From NCBI GenBank assembly GCA_026770705.1, contig JANJGN010000034.1, positions 4,774,001 through 4,838,000 of the forward strand: a DNA stretch of 64,000 nucleotides. Direction: 5' to 3'. A program made the position numbers and the translations under genes. Source of the stretch: Isurus oxyrinchus. Its lineage: Eukaryota. Below the pieces are notes generated by a model that saw only the letters and a program-made list of their open reading frames with translations, had not been told where the DNA came from and searched no databases. This document shows, one piece after another, positions 39,471 through 52,249 of the stretch (position 1 is its first letter; the number at the start of each line of letters is the position of its first letter).

Positions 39471-40250
39471 GTTCATTTTCAATGAAGTTGAAAATCGAAG
39501 CTCTTAATAGCTTTTCAACACGAATGTGCAGAGCAGCATAACGTCTAGAAGTAAGCATTGCTATGACCTTGGATGTATGGTCAGGTATATCGACACTCTA
39601 TCTGCCAGTGTTCACGTTATGGAGAAAACTTCATCTTTATATTTGCCTCTTGCCTGTTAGATTTTGGTGGAATAGCACAGGCGTAACTTGCATCTGCATC
39701 CACATTTTGTTGTAACGTTACTGGCAGTGGTTGCTTCGGTATCGGCGAGGTAGTTCTGAACTCTATAAAATGTGAGAATCCCTTAATACAGCCTGAGAGA
39801 GGGAAAGGGAACACATTTTTTTTTTGTCTCAAATATTAAGGAAAAAGTGTTTCACCACTTAATTTCTTCAAAGCGTGTTTCCTTGGAAGGTTTAACAGAA
39901 TGATTGCTGGGATGGCGGCACTGACATATGAGGAGAAATTGAGTCTCGTGCGATTATATTCTCTGGCGTTCAGAAAATTGACGTGGGGGGGACCCAAATA
40001 AACCTGTAACTTTCGAACAGGGCGAGACCATGGAGAAATGGCCTTCTCCTGCTTATGTTTTCTAATCTGTTTTCTTATGCATGGCTCATGCTTCGTCTGA
40101 GTTAAACGAGAATTGAAAAAAAAAAGTACTGTATTGAGCCACAGCTGAAAACTAACATTATTGACCTCTAACAGCATTGATAATATTAACAATGAAGCTG
40201 TTTATTGAATTTTTCCTGCGCTCTTCTCTTCTTCTTACATTGTTGTTTAG

Positions 40251-40277
40251 AATGGGAAAACATAATTAAGCATAAAG
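40251..40277 (+). CDS. 27-nt penultimate exon (EWENIIKHK) preceding B30.2
   Basis: long pyrimidine tract ...gttgtttag|AATGGG...CATAAAG|gtcagt; Trp-containing 27-nt phase-1 exon of the kind that precedes the B30.2 exon in BTN/TRIM genes. Confidence 0.85.
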
Positions 40278-42506
40278 GTCAGTAATAGTGAATGCCGTGT
40301 CTCACCCTCTGGCTACTTTATCAGTCTTAAATCAGTTTACATCCCACAGAAAAGCTTCTTACCTATAAATCTATTTCCTACTGCTGATTTCGTCCCTGTC
40401 GCCTGAAAAACATAACAACAGCTATATCCACTGTCGCACCCGTGCATGCCTCCATAGCCCCTGCGAGATAATTCCATATTCGCCATTTTAGAGTGGTGAA
40501 ATTTACTTGACAATGCCGTTTTAAAGCATCTCAATGTCTACCAGATACCCTAAATGAGCTGATAAATGGGCATTGATTGCAAAGGAAATAATGCTTGAAT
40601 AAAGTGAAGAGTTTAAATTGTGAAAAGAAAACACGTTCAGCATCATAAAATAAACACCATATCAGTCAGTTACAACATCAATTTAAACGGATTGCAAATG
40701 TATTGAAACATCGAGAAAACGAGGACATTCAGTCTATCAGAAATGTGTGGACTGCATAAGTGCTTTGCAATTTAATATATGTTTCACTTCTTGGGCAATA
40801 AACAAATAAGTTGGATCTCCACCATATTACCAATCAAAAAATAAATAAGTATTGTATCAGCCACTGTTCGTATTTTCTTCCCATTTATTTACCTCATTAC
40901 TAAGAGTAATAGAGACTTATTCTTCACAATGTTCACACCCTTCATCATTTTCTGGACATCAGTGGAATCTCCATGCGTCGTTCTCTGCTTCCAAGGAGGA
41001 ACACACTCCTCTAAACTATTCTATAATCTTAGTTAAGTTATATATTGCTGTAAATTTTGCAGTAATTTCTGACTATAACTGCTCAAGTACAATCATGGCA
41101 TTCCTATAACATGTTGACTGTGATTTTACGCTGTGTCCCAGTTCCAGAAAGTCTATGCTTTCTTGGATTTTCAAAACCGAGTTTTGGAGTGACAACTGAA
41201 AAGAGCTTTTTTTTTTTAAGTTTGTTAATACATTGGAAAGGCCTAAAGCAGAGTGCCCTATCGAAAAATGGTCACAAAATTACATTTGGAGGATACCAAA
41301 ACTCAGCAACAACTAGAAGTGAGCTACAATAGAATGGCACCAGCTCATTTCAGAGAACGGGGAAGAATAGTTTACTTCGAAATGTTCTGCCTCGAACAAG
41401 GAATAACAGAATGCATTTAGTAAAGCTATTGAGGATTCAATTGGGCTCTCACAGCGTTGGTGGGTTAAAACTGCTGCCCTTTGCTGGAGAGGAGATAATT
41501 ACACAGTCTGGATCTAAAACAATGGCATGATAGAAAATGATGAAATATTTTTGAAAATTGAAAATAGGCTGCTGATTTGCCACAACTGCCAATAAGCGGG
41601 GCATATTGATGCGGCGATAATATCTCTCGGTTAGTAATCTAGATGCCCCAACTCATGCTATGTCAACATTAATTCTAATCGCACGACATAGCAGGAGCAA
41701 TTCAGTTTCTAAATATGTAATATAAACGATTATTAATACTTCTGAGCATGGAGCTTAACATCGAAAGTTGTTTATTTATCAAATATAATTAGTTTGCATA
41801 ATCCTTTGGTGGAGGGTGGGGGTAGGTGGTTGGGGGTGTGTGGAGCGTGTGGGTTTGGGGGCGCATGGAGGCTGGGGGGATGGCTGCGGTGGTGGTGTAG
41901 GTGCGGGGGGAGGGGGGGAGAGGGTATTGCCATCCTAAACTCGGTTATTGTGATCTTCATCAGACTGCAGACAAAACAACGTGGTTAAATTATTTCATCA
42001 TTCTGAAATGCCCTGTGGAGCCAATCAGTTCCAGCGAAATCATGCCGGGTATTGACACGAAGCCCGCATCCCCTGCAATAACAAAGGAACCAAAAAAATG
42101 ATGGATGGGTTTTTAAAAGTGGTTCATCTTTTTTTTTTACTTGAAAGGGGGTTGACAGGGTAGAGCAAGGCACGATTGATCTACATAAAGATGCTGTGCA
42201 ACTTGGAGGGTAAATAAAGGCATCTGCTTTCCAACGTATTTAATTTAGAAAAGAAGAAGTTTAGCCAGGAGATCGAGTAAACATTAAAATAGCAACCGGT
42301 CGGAGCGGTTAATAGGAATTGCATGGATATCTTTAAGGAAATCCAAATAATTGTACGAGGGTGGCAGGTATAGTCGGAGATTCTGATGCAGTAAAATAAA
42401 GAAGGTGGAGCAAATTAATGCTGTTGGGCCAAAATAGAAATTTCCTGCTTTTAACAGCATTTAATTTATGTATCTCTGTGTTCTTTGCCCCTTATTTCTT
42501 TTACAG

Positions 42507-43027
42507 TAAGTCTCCTCATGGACCCGGAGACATCTGATCTGCGATTCACAATTTCGAAGGAAGGAAACAGAGGCACCTGGAATGGCAAAATTCCACCCTC
42601 AGCCGAAAAGAAGCTAAAATATTCGGACAGCTGGACCATCTGGGCAGCAGATGGAATCCCACCAGGAAAGCATTACTGGCAGGTGTTGGCGAGCGCAGGA
42701 ACGATATGGAGCATTGGTGTGTCCCAGCGCCTCCTGGCCATGAACAGATGGCGCAGACATCTACCCAAGAATGGCTACTGGACTTTGATGCTGTGGAACA
42801 ATAAGGGTGAAACAAAGAATTTAAGGTCGTTCGGCGAATCCATTGTGCTCGTTCAGCTGAGCAAACTTGGTGTTTACGTGGACTATGAGGGAGGACGTGT
42901 ATCCTTCTACAACCCAGATACCAAAACACACCTGCATACTTTCAACGCCAAGTTCGCAGGCAAAGTTTATCCCGTCTTTCAACTCTGGTTTAGTACACGC
43001 AGTGACGGCTCCATTGTAATAGAGTAA
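42507..43027 (+). CDS. Terminal exon encoding a B30.2 (PRYSPRY) domain of a butyrophilin-like/TRIM-like protein
   Basis: cttatttcttttacag acceptor, phase 1; VSLLMDPET (LDP motif), GKHYWQV (WEV motif), WSIGV, PKNGYW, LGVYVDYEGGRVSFYN (LDYE motif), HLHTF, VYPVF; stop TAA 43025-43027, no internal stops. Confidence 0.95.
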
Positions 43028-43730
43028 TTTAATAACATTCAGTTCACAGGAAAGGAATGGTGCATTGAGGCAAATGTCTCCTTTCTGGTCTTAATATCAT
43101 ATGCATCATTAACAAACATAGGGGTAGTGCATTTGGCCTATCAATACTGTTTCTTCATTCGAAAGACAATGGCATACCTGAATGAAGACTTACCCCCAAT
43201 TTCCTGTTTGCTCCCAGCCACCTCAAATTCCAACACTCTTAAATTTCATTGTCTATATAATAACTCTTTAACTTGCCGTTTAATATATGCAATGATCCAT
43301 CCTCCAATGACCGCTGGAGAAGGGAATCACAATCACTAATACGCAATCAGATTGCGCTTCACCTTCGACTTAAACGCGAGAATCCAAATTTTTTAAACTG
43401 TTGGCCCTCTTTCTAGATTCACTCTCGAGATTAGGTACCTTCGCAGCATTTAACCTACCAAGTCTCTCGCAACACTATATGTTGCAACACAATTATATTT
43501 TACTGTTATAATCATCAATGGCTACAGGACTAACATTCTTAGAACAAAGAAATACATGAAAATAATCATAAGAATCAAACAAACGAACTTTTCCTTAACT
43601 CCCTCGAGTGCAATTAATTGCATCCTAAGATAAGTCAATCAAAACTGTACATATTCTATGTGTGTTCTCACCACCGGCCTTTACAGATAGTGGGCGACAC
43701 ACTGATTTATTATACTCAACTGTGCCTTAT

Positions 43731-43736
43731 AATAAA
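43731..43736 (+). terminator. Candidate polyadenylation signal for the B30.2 gene
   Basis: AATAAA about 700 nt after the stop, followed by T-rich sequence; AT-rich background weakens this. Confidence 0.3.
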
Positions 43737-45199
43737 TTCAGAAATTCCATGTGACTTCATAATTTCTTGTCATTTTATTTATTTAAATTTTCATGATTTG
43801 GGGTAATAAGCTAATTCATTTGCAAGGACAGCCAGGAACGCTGCCCTCCAATATTGTTTTTATTTACCCAAACTCTTACCCTTTCAAAATCATTACACTG
43901 ATTTTTTAGACCCTTTTCGCAAGTTACCACCCATGCTTTCTTCGTATCAGCAACAACAATAACTCTGACATTCAAAGTTGCAGCTTTATATCATGATAAC
44001 GAATAATTTATTCCAACTGTCTATTGCCTGTCACTTTACCAGTGATCTATCCTTGCTAATTGATCATCAGAAAAACTGGTATTAAATGTATTTCACAACG
44101 CAGCCTCTTCGTCCATATCCATACAAATTCGTCCTCACCGAGGACTTGTCAAATCCCCCCAAGATTTTTGCTGTCGTCATCACCAGTACAAGTTTTACTT
44201 TGCCGATCGTACATTCCCAATGAATGCAATCGCTTTTCTTGCTTTCTCTTCCTAAACTTCGTAAATTATACTACATGTATGATCTATCATTGACCACTTC
44301 CCGGGGAAGGGCTAATTATCATTATTTCCTCTATTAAAAAAAAACGCCACATTGACTTTCACAGCTCTTTTTTTTTCCTTCCCATAAATTTTCTTGCTCC
44401 AAGGATTATAAAATGGTTTTAACTAATGTCAGTACGAAATTGGTATACAGACATGGAGAGTCGAAAATTATCCCGGTGGTTCTTTTTTGAGATTCATTTT
44501 TGCAATTGACTTAATCGTCTATTGATTTTCATGCTCGTGCTAAGTACACTTGCAAGATAACAACGCATGGAACAATAATTTAAACAATACACAAATTAAA
44601 AGAAAACTCAAATGGCAGCATAGAGAGGGTGAAGTCGGCTTACATGTTTTATCACTACATTAGTATTCCAGGCCCTCAGTTTTGAATGCTCTTGTGTCCG
44701 ATGGTGAAATTGGAATGCAATATTTTGTTGGAACTAAAGGTCTTATAATGACCACGAAAACCATCTGGTTCATCAATGCCCGTTATGGAAGGAAATATGT
44801 AATCCTTATCTGCTCTCTATAGACTCCAAGCCCACAGGAATGTTGTTGACTCTTAAACATTTAACCCTCAGAACAATGGTAATAAATTCTGGCCTATTTC
44901 ACAAACGAATAAAAAAATGAATTTGTTTAATTGCTTTCTGAAGATATTACAGGATGCATGTGTAGGCTTGAACTACGTAGCCCAATTACGGTTATCGGAC
45001 ACTGAAGGGCAATTCCTCTTCAAATAGGGATTGTCTTCATTGTGCAGCCTGATGTAACTCTAGAGTTATCAGCAAGCTCAGGCAATTCATTGAAAAGCGC
45101 ATTTCTAAGCTAACAGTACGGAAATGTTGCAGTTGGAATTAATTTAAAGGAATTGCAAAGGAATTTGTTTCGTCACAAGGGACAGAGAAAGACAAGGTA

Positions 45200-46830
45200 T
45201 GATTGTATGCACATTTCACAAGAGAGTTCGAGTTTCAGGTCCAGGTCCAATGACCCTGCAAGATGGCACATCATGCCAAATTAACAAATGTTATGGTGTC
45301 ATGTGCGCCTTAATTCGTAGCATTAAACAACGAGGTGAACTTCAATGGCCATGTGCCTAGCCGAGAAAAATAACATCCTTGCAGGTGTGAGAAATGCACA
45401 CGATTATAGCACATGTAGAAAAGGAAAACGCATAAAGCCCGACGTCAGTGATACAATGGCTAGAGAATTAATAATTTATGTTCTGGACAAAGGAACCCGG
45501 GTGGCGAACGTGCATATAAAAAACTAACTCAGCAACTGGTAAGTTTATTGAATTCGCTGCCAATTACCTGATGGAAGTGGAGGAGTTGAATGACAAGCAG
45601 GAGCCAACAATTGGACACTTATGGGAAATAAAACTGCTGGGCTACAGGCATAGAAGGGCTAGGCTAAACTGCCTTCATCTTTCTAACCAGACAGTCGACA
45701 TGATCTCCCGTCACCAAATGCACTGATAGTCTACCGAGATATCTCCCTGACTCTATAAAGCTACAGCTCTCCCAACTAAGAGTAAAAAACAGACTTAAAA
45801 CCGGTTTATCTTCCTTATTTTCAAAGACTAAAATAAGCTTCTTAAGGCACCGTTTAATGTTCGAATAAAATTGATCCATGAATAGGTATTGAAAATAAAA
45901 TAAAAACTTGTGGTGAAGTTTATTCTGAGATATGTGTCAGTAAGGTCTCGTCTAGCTGTAGGAAAAATGTGCAAGGGGGAATCAGCGGCAGATAAATTGA
46001 GGCTGGCCTGGAAACCGGCAATGTTATGTCAAAAAGAAAATAGTGATTGTGTGATATGAAGGACTAAGCTAGCAATAATCTAATAAGTTAAAGGGAGCTT
46101 CTTCTTAATCATTCATGGATTTAAAACCTGTGCTCTGATTATTGCAAGAGATTGACGAAATTGAACAACTGTTCGAGGTTGAGGTGAATTTTATCAATGC
46201 ATAAATGAATACTGACACTGTGCATTGGGAAAAATTGATAAAGTTGCGACATGCCATTGACATACAAAGCAGCAAATTACGGTAAGCAAATTTCCAGAAC
46301 AACCGATGCATACATAATGATCAGTCATTACATCCATTTATATGATTATGGTTTGGTCCATAAGAATGGAAACCAGAGATTATGCTGTCACTCAATTGGC
46401 CAACAGTTAATAAATGATGGTGATGGATGACTTGACTAACTATGTTGAAGGCTGTGTTTCTAACAAATGGCGAGCCAAGTTTGAAGCTACCTTTCTAACA
46501 TTCATGTAAGATGCTATTTGCGAATTTGGTAAATGAATATCATTATATTGCTGGCGCTAAGATCTGTTTGGAGTCATCCAAACCCGGAATTCAGCAAGCG
46601 CAGCGCGAAGACAAGGTAATATCATGGGGAATGTGGCCCAATTACTTGAAGAGAAGAAGGTTATGGACATGGGATGCACGATCAACCACTGTATAGTGGA
46701 GGCACATAAGTCGATTTATTGAGGAAATATTTAATGAAAGAATATTTGAAGAAGGGAGGACACAAATCTAAAGCAACAGAGCTGGGGTTTTGTGGACAAA
46801 ATGAGTTTGAAAAGGGCACCTTGGTCTGTT
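45200..46830 (+). mobile_element. Highly decayed CR1-type LINE
   Basis: patchy similarity to CR1 endonuclease/RT regions (ctgggctacaggc, ccattgacatacaaagcag, gctatttgcgaatttggtaaatga). Confidence 0.4.
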
Positions 46831-46899
46831 ATCAATAAGTCATTGATCTTTCCAATTCCACTCCCTTCAGTGCCGCATAATAAAAGCAAAGGATACCCT

Positions 46900-48380
46900 T
46901 GAGTAATTGAACATCGTCAGCAGTCCTTGACCAATACCAACTGATTTGAGAAGGTGGTGGTATGTCTTTTTCTCCAATGGCTTCAGTCCTTCTGGTGTTG
47001 GTCCACTCAAGTCCTGTTAGGAAATGTATTCCCTGATTTTGATTCAGTGACAGTGATGGAACTGCAACATACTTGCAAGTCACAGGGGTCTGTGGTTTGG
47101 AGGGGAAATTGTCGTCCCCAGTGTTTCCATGCATCTGTTGCCCTTGTGTGTCTTTGAGGTAGGGGACGCCGATTTGGAAAGGGCTTTTGTTGTTATAATT
47201 ATGCAATATGTTCCTTAGATTGCGCAGGCTATTTTGACCGTGTGGTTCTGGTGCAAGGAGTAGATGTTGAAGACGGTGAATTGCATGCCAATCAAGTGGC
47301 AAGCTTCCTCGAGTGTGTGTTGTTGGAGCTGCACTCATCCAGGCAAGGGGAAAGTATCTGAAGACTCTCCTGACTGCATTGTCGATGGTGGGCAGGATTG
47401 CTGGAGGTACGAGGTCAGTAATGTGTCACAAAATTCCTACATGTGATCCACTTTTGAAGATATATTTTTGGCACTCCCAATTCACTTTATGTTCAAAGGT
47501 AATCACAAGAATGTTGATTATGAATTAATTTGTTAGGAAAGTAAGAAAGGAGAGAAAGGGGGGATAATGCGCTGCCCCCCTCTGCCATAAATACACACAC
47601 ACACAAACAAATTCTTTCAGCTACTGAGCCATTCCAAATGATTATGGTTTATCATCGATGCCAATTTACATCTTAGCCAGCTCACTGTACTTCTTGTTTC
47701 AGTGAAGGAGCAACCATCTGTCTGCATCATTCTTGATTCTATTCAACGATGGACGACGCTCGGATTCAGGGAGGCAGGGAGTTACAAATTTAAAGGATTT
47801 TCACGCCATTTCAATCTTAATTCTTCCAGCCTTTATAGTGCGTCTATGGCCCCTCTCCCCGTTCTCTCGCTTCCCCAGCAATGAAAAATTGTGACTCGGC
47901 GTCAACCCTGTAACATTCCTTCAGAATCCTACATTTTTCAATGCTATCACTTCTCCTTCTGAATTTCAGTGAACAAATGCAGAGCTTAGGCAGCATCTCA
48001 TCAGAGGAGGACTGTTTCAGTCCAGGAAACAATTTAGTGACCCTGAAATGCACTTCATCTGGTTAAGTATGCCCTTAAATTTGAAAACCAACAACACAGA
48101 CATTATGCCGATCTGGTCGTACCGAAGCCTTGTTAGATTGTGGCAACACTTCTCATTATTGCACACATAGTCACTTATAATGAAGGCAAACGTGCAACTG
48201 GGGTTCATAGTTGCGCCTTACTCTTTGAAGGAGCAATTATAAGAACTTTGCAATACAATTTTTAGGAGTGTTGCCCTTCTTCTTTAAATAACACTAGCCT
48301 GTTTTTTTGTTCATGTTACAAAAGAAAATAAAGTCACACTTCCCCACATGATACTTAATCGACCAAATTGTTGCCAAATC
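46900..48380 (-). mobile_element. Minus-strand LINE 3' fragments (two families)
   Basis: gaaggtggtggt...ccctgattttgattcagtgacagtgatgg LINE tail; CR1-like tail at 47600-48200. Confidence 0.55.
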
Positions 48381-48599
48381 TCTTAAAATGTCAATCGCAG
48401 TCCCATGTCCCCTCTGGCTGACTCTCAGGTTGCAGCAGCGTAACGGCATTACCACTGCAATAGTAAGCCAACGGCAAAATTCTCTAGGTGTGTCCTCGAA
48501 TCTCTGCCCCCCCCCCCCCCCCCCCCCCCCCCCTCACCCCGGCAGATGGTGGAAGTTGTATTTAATGAAATCTAAACTATTCACATTCGAATAATACAC

Positions 48600-50910
48600 A
48601 AATAACCAGGTGTTGATTGTCATTAAAATTCATTTGGTTCACCCATGTCCTTCCCGAATGGATGTCCACCATGCTCACCTGGACCAGCCTACACGGGACT
48701 CTGAAAAGCCTCCTTACATGGCTTAGCAAGATATTGACATGTATCGAACTACTAAGGACAAGTCACGAAGTCGAAAAAACCGACAGGCCAATGGAAACGG
48801 TAATGCAAACTATGCCCAAGCAAGACTGCAAAGTCCTTCTTAAAAACATTTAGTTGCCTTTTGACAAAACGGAGAAAGCTGCCTCAATGACCAGTCAAGA
48901 AACAGTCTGACATAGATGCACTCATGGAAATACAGACAATGTCCCAGACACCACAACCATTCCTGGGTTTAGCTTGTCCCACCTGCAGCACATACCCAAC
49001 ATCGTTGGTGGTAATGGTGTACAGTTGGAAGGCAGTTTCCCGGGAAGTATTCAACATCGACTCACAATCCCATGAATTAGCATGGGAACAGGACAATCAT
49101 GGACAAGGAAGCCTTATGGAACCCACGTATCATCCCCCTCAGCTGAAAAATCAATATATCTCCATCTTGAGCACGTATTGGAAGAAACACTGGCTGTGGC
49201 AAAGCAGCTGAATGTACTTCGGATGGTGGACCACAATATTGATATCAAAGCATGGTTCTGTAGCACAAGTACAGACTGAGATGGTCGAGTCTAAACATAT
49301 AGCTACTGGACAGGGCCTACAGCGGATGGTGCAGGAACCAAGAAGAGTAAATAACATACTAGACCTAATCCTTCTGAACGTGCCAGCCACTGATGTACAT
49401 GTCCATTAGAATACCGGTATGACTGACAACCATGCATTTCTTGTGGAGATGAAATCTCCTCTTTTCATTGAGCACACACTCAATTGTGCTGTGTGCCTCT
49501 ACCTCCTTTCCAAAGGGCACAGTTCTTGAATGGTTCTAGCAGCTCAGGACTGAGAAACCATAAGGCTCCGTGGGCCATCGACAACAACAGAATTGTACTC
49601 AACCACAATCTGTAAACTCATGGTTCAGCATAGCTCCAGCCCTCTGATGTTAAATAAAACATTGGATCAACACTGGCACAAAAAAGACTGCAGGAGGGAC
49701 TGCCTTGATTGAAAATGTGGATTTGTCCGCTTTTGTCATCAATGTGCTTTGTCAAAAGCACGGACAGTGTGAATGAGCAGTCAAATGATCCGCTGGTTTA
49801 TGTTACACCGAGTACAATGGGACACGGTTGTTGTTACGAGATGCCAAACATCTCAGGTCCAGCATTTAACTGCATGGGGTTATCACACTAGAGCTTACAC
49901 CAAAAACCTTTCTGCTGTCCCATCAGTGGGCTTCATTCCATCGTGAAACCAGAAGTGTGATTGTTCGCTGATGATTTAACAAAGTCCAGCACCATTTGTG
50001 ACACCTCAGGTCATGAAGCAAACCATGACCAAATGCAGCAAAAAGTGGAAAATACCCATTCTTCTGCTGACAAGATACAAGTTGCATTCAAGCTACGCAA
50101 GTGCCAGCCAATAATAATCTCCAACTAGAAAGAAGCTAACCATCTCCTCTTTTCATTGAGCACACACTCAATTGTGCTGTGTGCCTCTACCTCCTTTGAC
50201 ATTAAAAGGCATTATCGTCATTGACGTCTGTACTGTCACCATTCCAGTGTTTGTCATTGACCAGAAACTGAAGTGGACAAGCCTTGTAACTACGGAAGCT
50301 GCAGGATCATGTCAGAGGCTAGGAATCCAACGGCGATTAACTCAAATTGTGACTAACCAAAAGACATTTACCATCTATAAAGGAAAGTTCAGGAGGTTGA
50401 TGGAATGCTATTAAGTTTCCTAAAAGAGTGCAGCTCCAAAAACAGTGTAAAAGCGTGACTTCTTCGAGCACAAATCAGCCTGTTTGATTCTTACCCCATT
50501 CATACACATACGCACGCTCCACCGACAATGCACGGTGGCATCTGTGCATCCCATCTACAAATTGCACAGCAGGAGCTCACCAAAGCTCACTAGAGAGCAC
50601 ATTTCAAACCCTCCACCGCCACCAACAATGCGGGATGAGTGCAGGAACACATGGTGTCATCACCATCTGGCAATTTTCTTATAAGCCACTCGACATTCTG
50701 ACTTAGAAAATTTATCACTGTTCCTTAACGGTCGTTAGGCCAAAATCTTGTAACACCCTTCTGAACAGCACTATGGGTGTACCTAAACCACAGAGATTGC
50801 AACCGTTCAAGAAGGCAGCTCACCATAACCTTCTCAGTCGTAATTAGAAATGGTCATTTAAATACGACCCAAGACCCTGACTACCTCATTCCATTGATGT
50901 ATTAAAAAAA
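48600..50910 (+). mobile_element. Decayed LINE with endonuclease and RT remnants and A-rich 3' end
   Basis: gacaatgtcccagacacc, QRMVQEPRRVNNILDLILLNVPA (APE endonuclease end), ttgttcgctgatgat (LFADD), IDQKLKWTS. Confidence 0.75.
49454..50197 (+). repeat. Perfect 56-bp direct repeat (49454-49509 and 50142-50197)
   Basis: atctcctcttttcattgagcacacactcaattgtgctgtgtgcctctacctccttt occurs twice, 688 bp apart. Confidence 0.9.
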
Positions 50911-52249
50911 TCCCAATCTTATTATAACTAGTAAACCATCATATTAGTTTCTCTTCATAGGAAATGACTATAGATTACAAATAGCGGAAGCCCACTTACT
51001 TAATGGTGATTCACCACCAGTGAACTTGAAAATGCCACATTTACTATGAATACTTGCTTCCTGTTCTTGAGCCAATCTTCTAACCATACTGATAATACAA
51101 ACATCTCGAGTCGTACTATCTTTTGAGTTATTTCATGGCACCTTTTCGAATTCCCTTTGGAAATCGAAGCTTAATACATAAACCACGGGTCTCTTTATCT
51201 ATACTGTTAGTTATAAACTGATAGAAACACCAATATGTTGGCAGACACGATTTTCATAAAGGGTGGATGAAATTTTTCCCCTGATGATACCAACAGATCT
51301 CGTCGATGCCTACTCTCTTTCTGCCAATCACTATCTTCTAATCTATGCCACTCCCTCGTCACAATACCGATATTGTAGACCTTGCAAGAGTTTTTTTGAT
51401 TTCTTTTCAAATCCAACTACTTTTCCAAGTTCAATTAAAGCTCAGGGAAAACAGTCATTTCATCCTCATCCCACCAAAAATATGCAAGCTTCACAAGAAT
51501 AATGCCAGCACCTTCATCCTTTCCCCTCCATCTCTATCACGGCTTCTCCCCAGCACATCTAATATCTAAGGAAGATTAGCAATAGACAGCCTCAGCTCTT
51601 CTCCAGATAATTTATCCTGCTCCATCCATTATTAATTTGACAATATCATTTCCATGCTAACTAACGTAAGTGTTATCACCGCTTCTCTATCCCGTGATGC
51701 AACTTAAGATTATTCATACCACATAAAACATGGTGATTTTGACTGTGTCTCTGTCAGATAGTTGCTTACATTTCCTGCGGAGAAGCTCTTAGGTTTTTGC
51801 CAAGGATTCCCCTGCATTCAGTGTGGGGAGCTTTTCAGAGAAGATTTAGCTTTTTGTTCCATTGACGCTTCCATTCTACATGTCGGTACTGAGTGGAACG
51901 TCTGGCTCTTCCACTTTTTTTCTGTCTTTTCCCTAGCAACCCAATGGAATCTAATGCCTTCATCGCTCTCTTCAGTGGACAATTCAGAATTAAACACGTT
52001 AACATCAGTCTTGTTATTGAATTATTGAATTAGGAATAAATGTGCTGATGCAAGTTTAAATTCACACAAGGGCAGATTAGGAACCTTGAATCAGAGAATT
52101 TTCACACATGCAATGTTAGGATTTGCCTCTATGCCAAATCGTCGAAGATTCAATCATGTTTTGCAATTCCCAGGCGAAACTGCAAAGTCCTCTCAATGAC
52201 ACGTTTGACCTTTGCAAACATTTGGTGAGCTATTCCACAGACATTAAAA

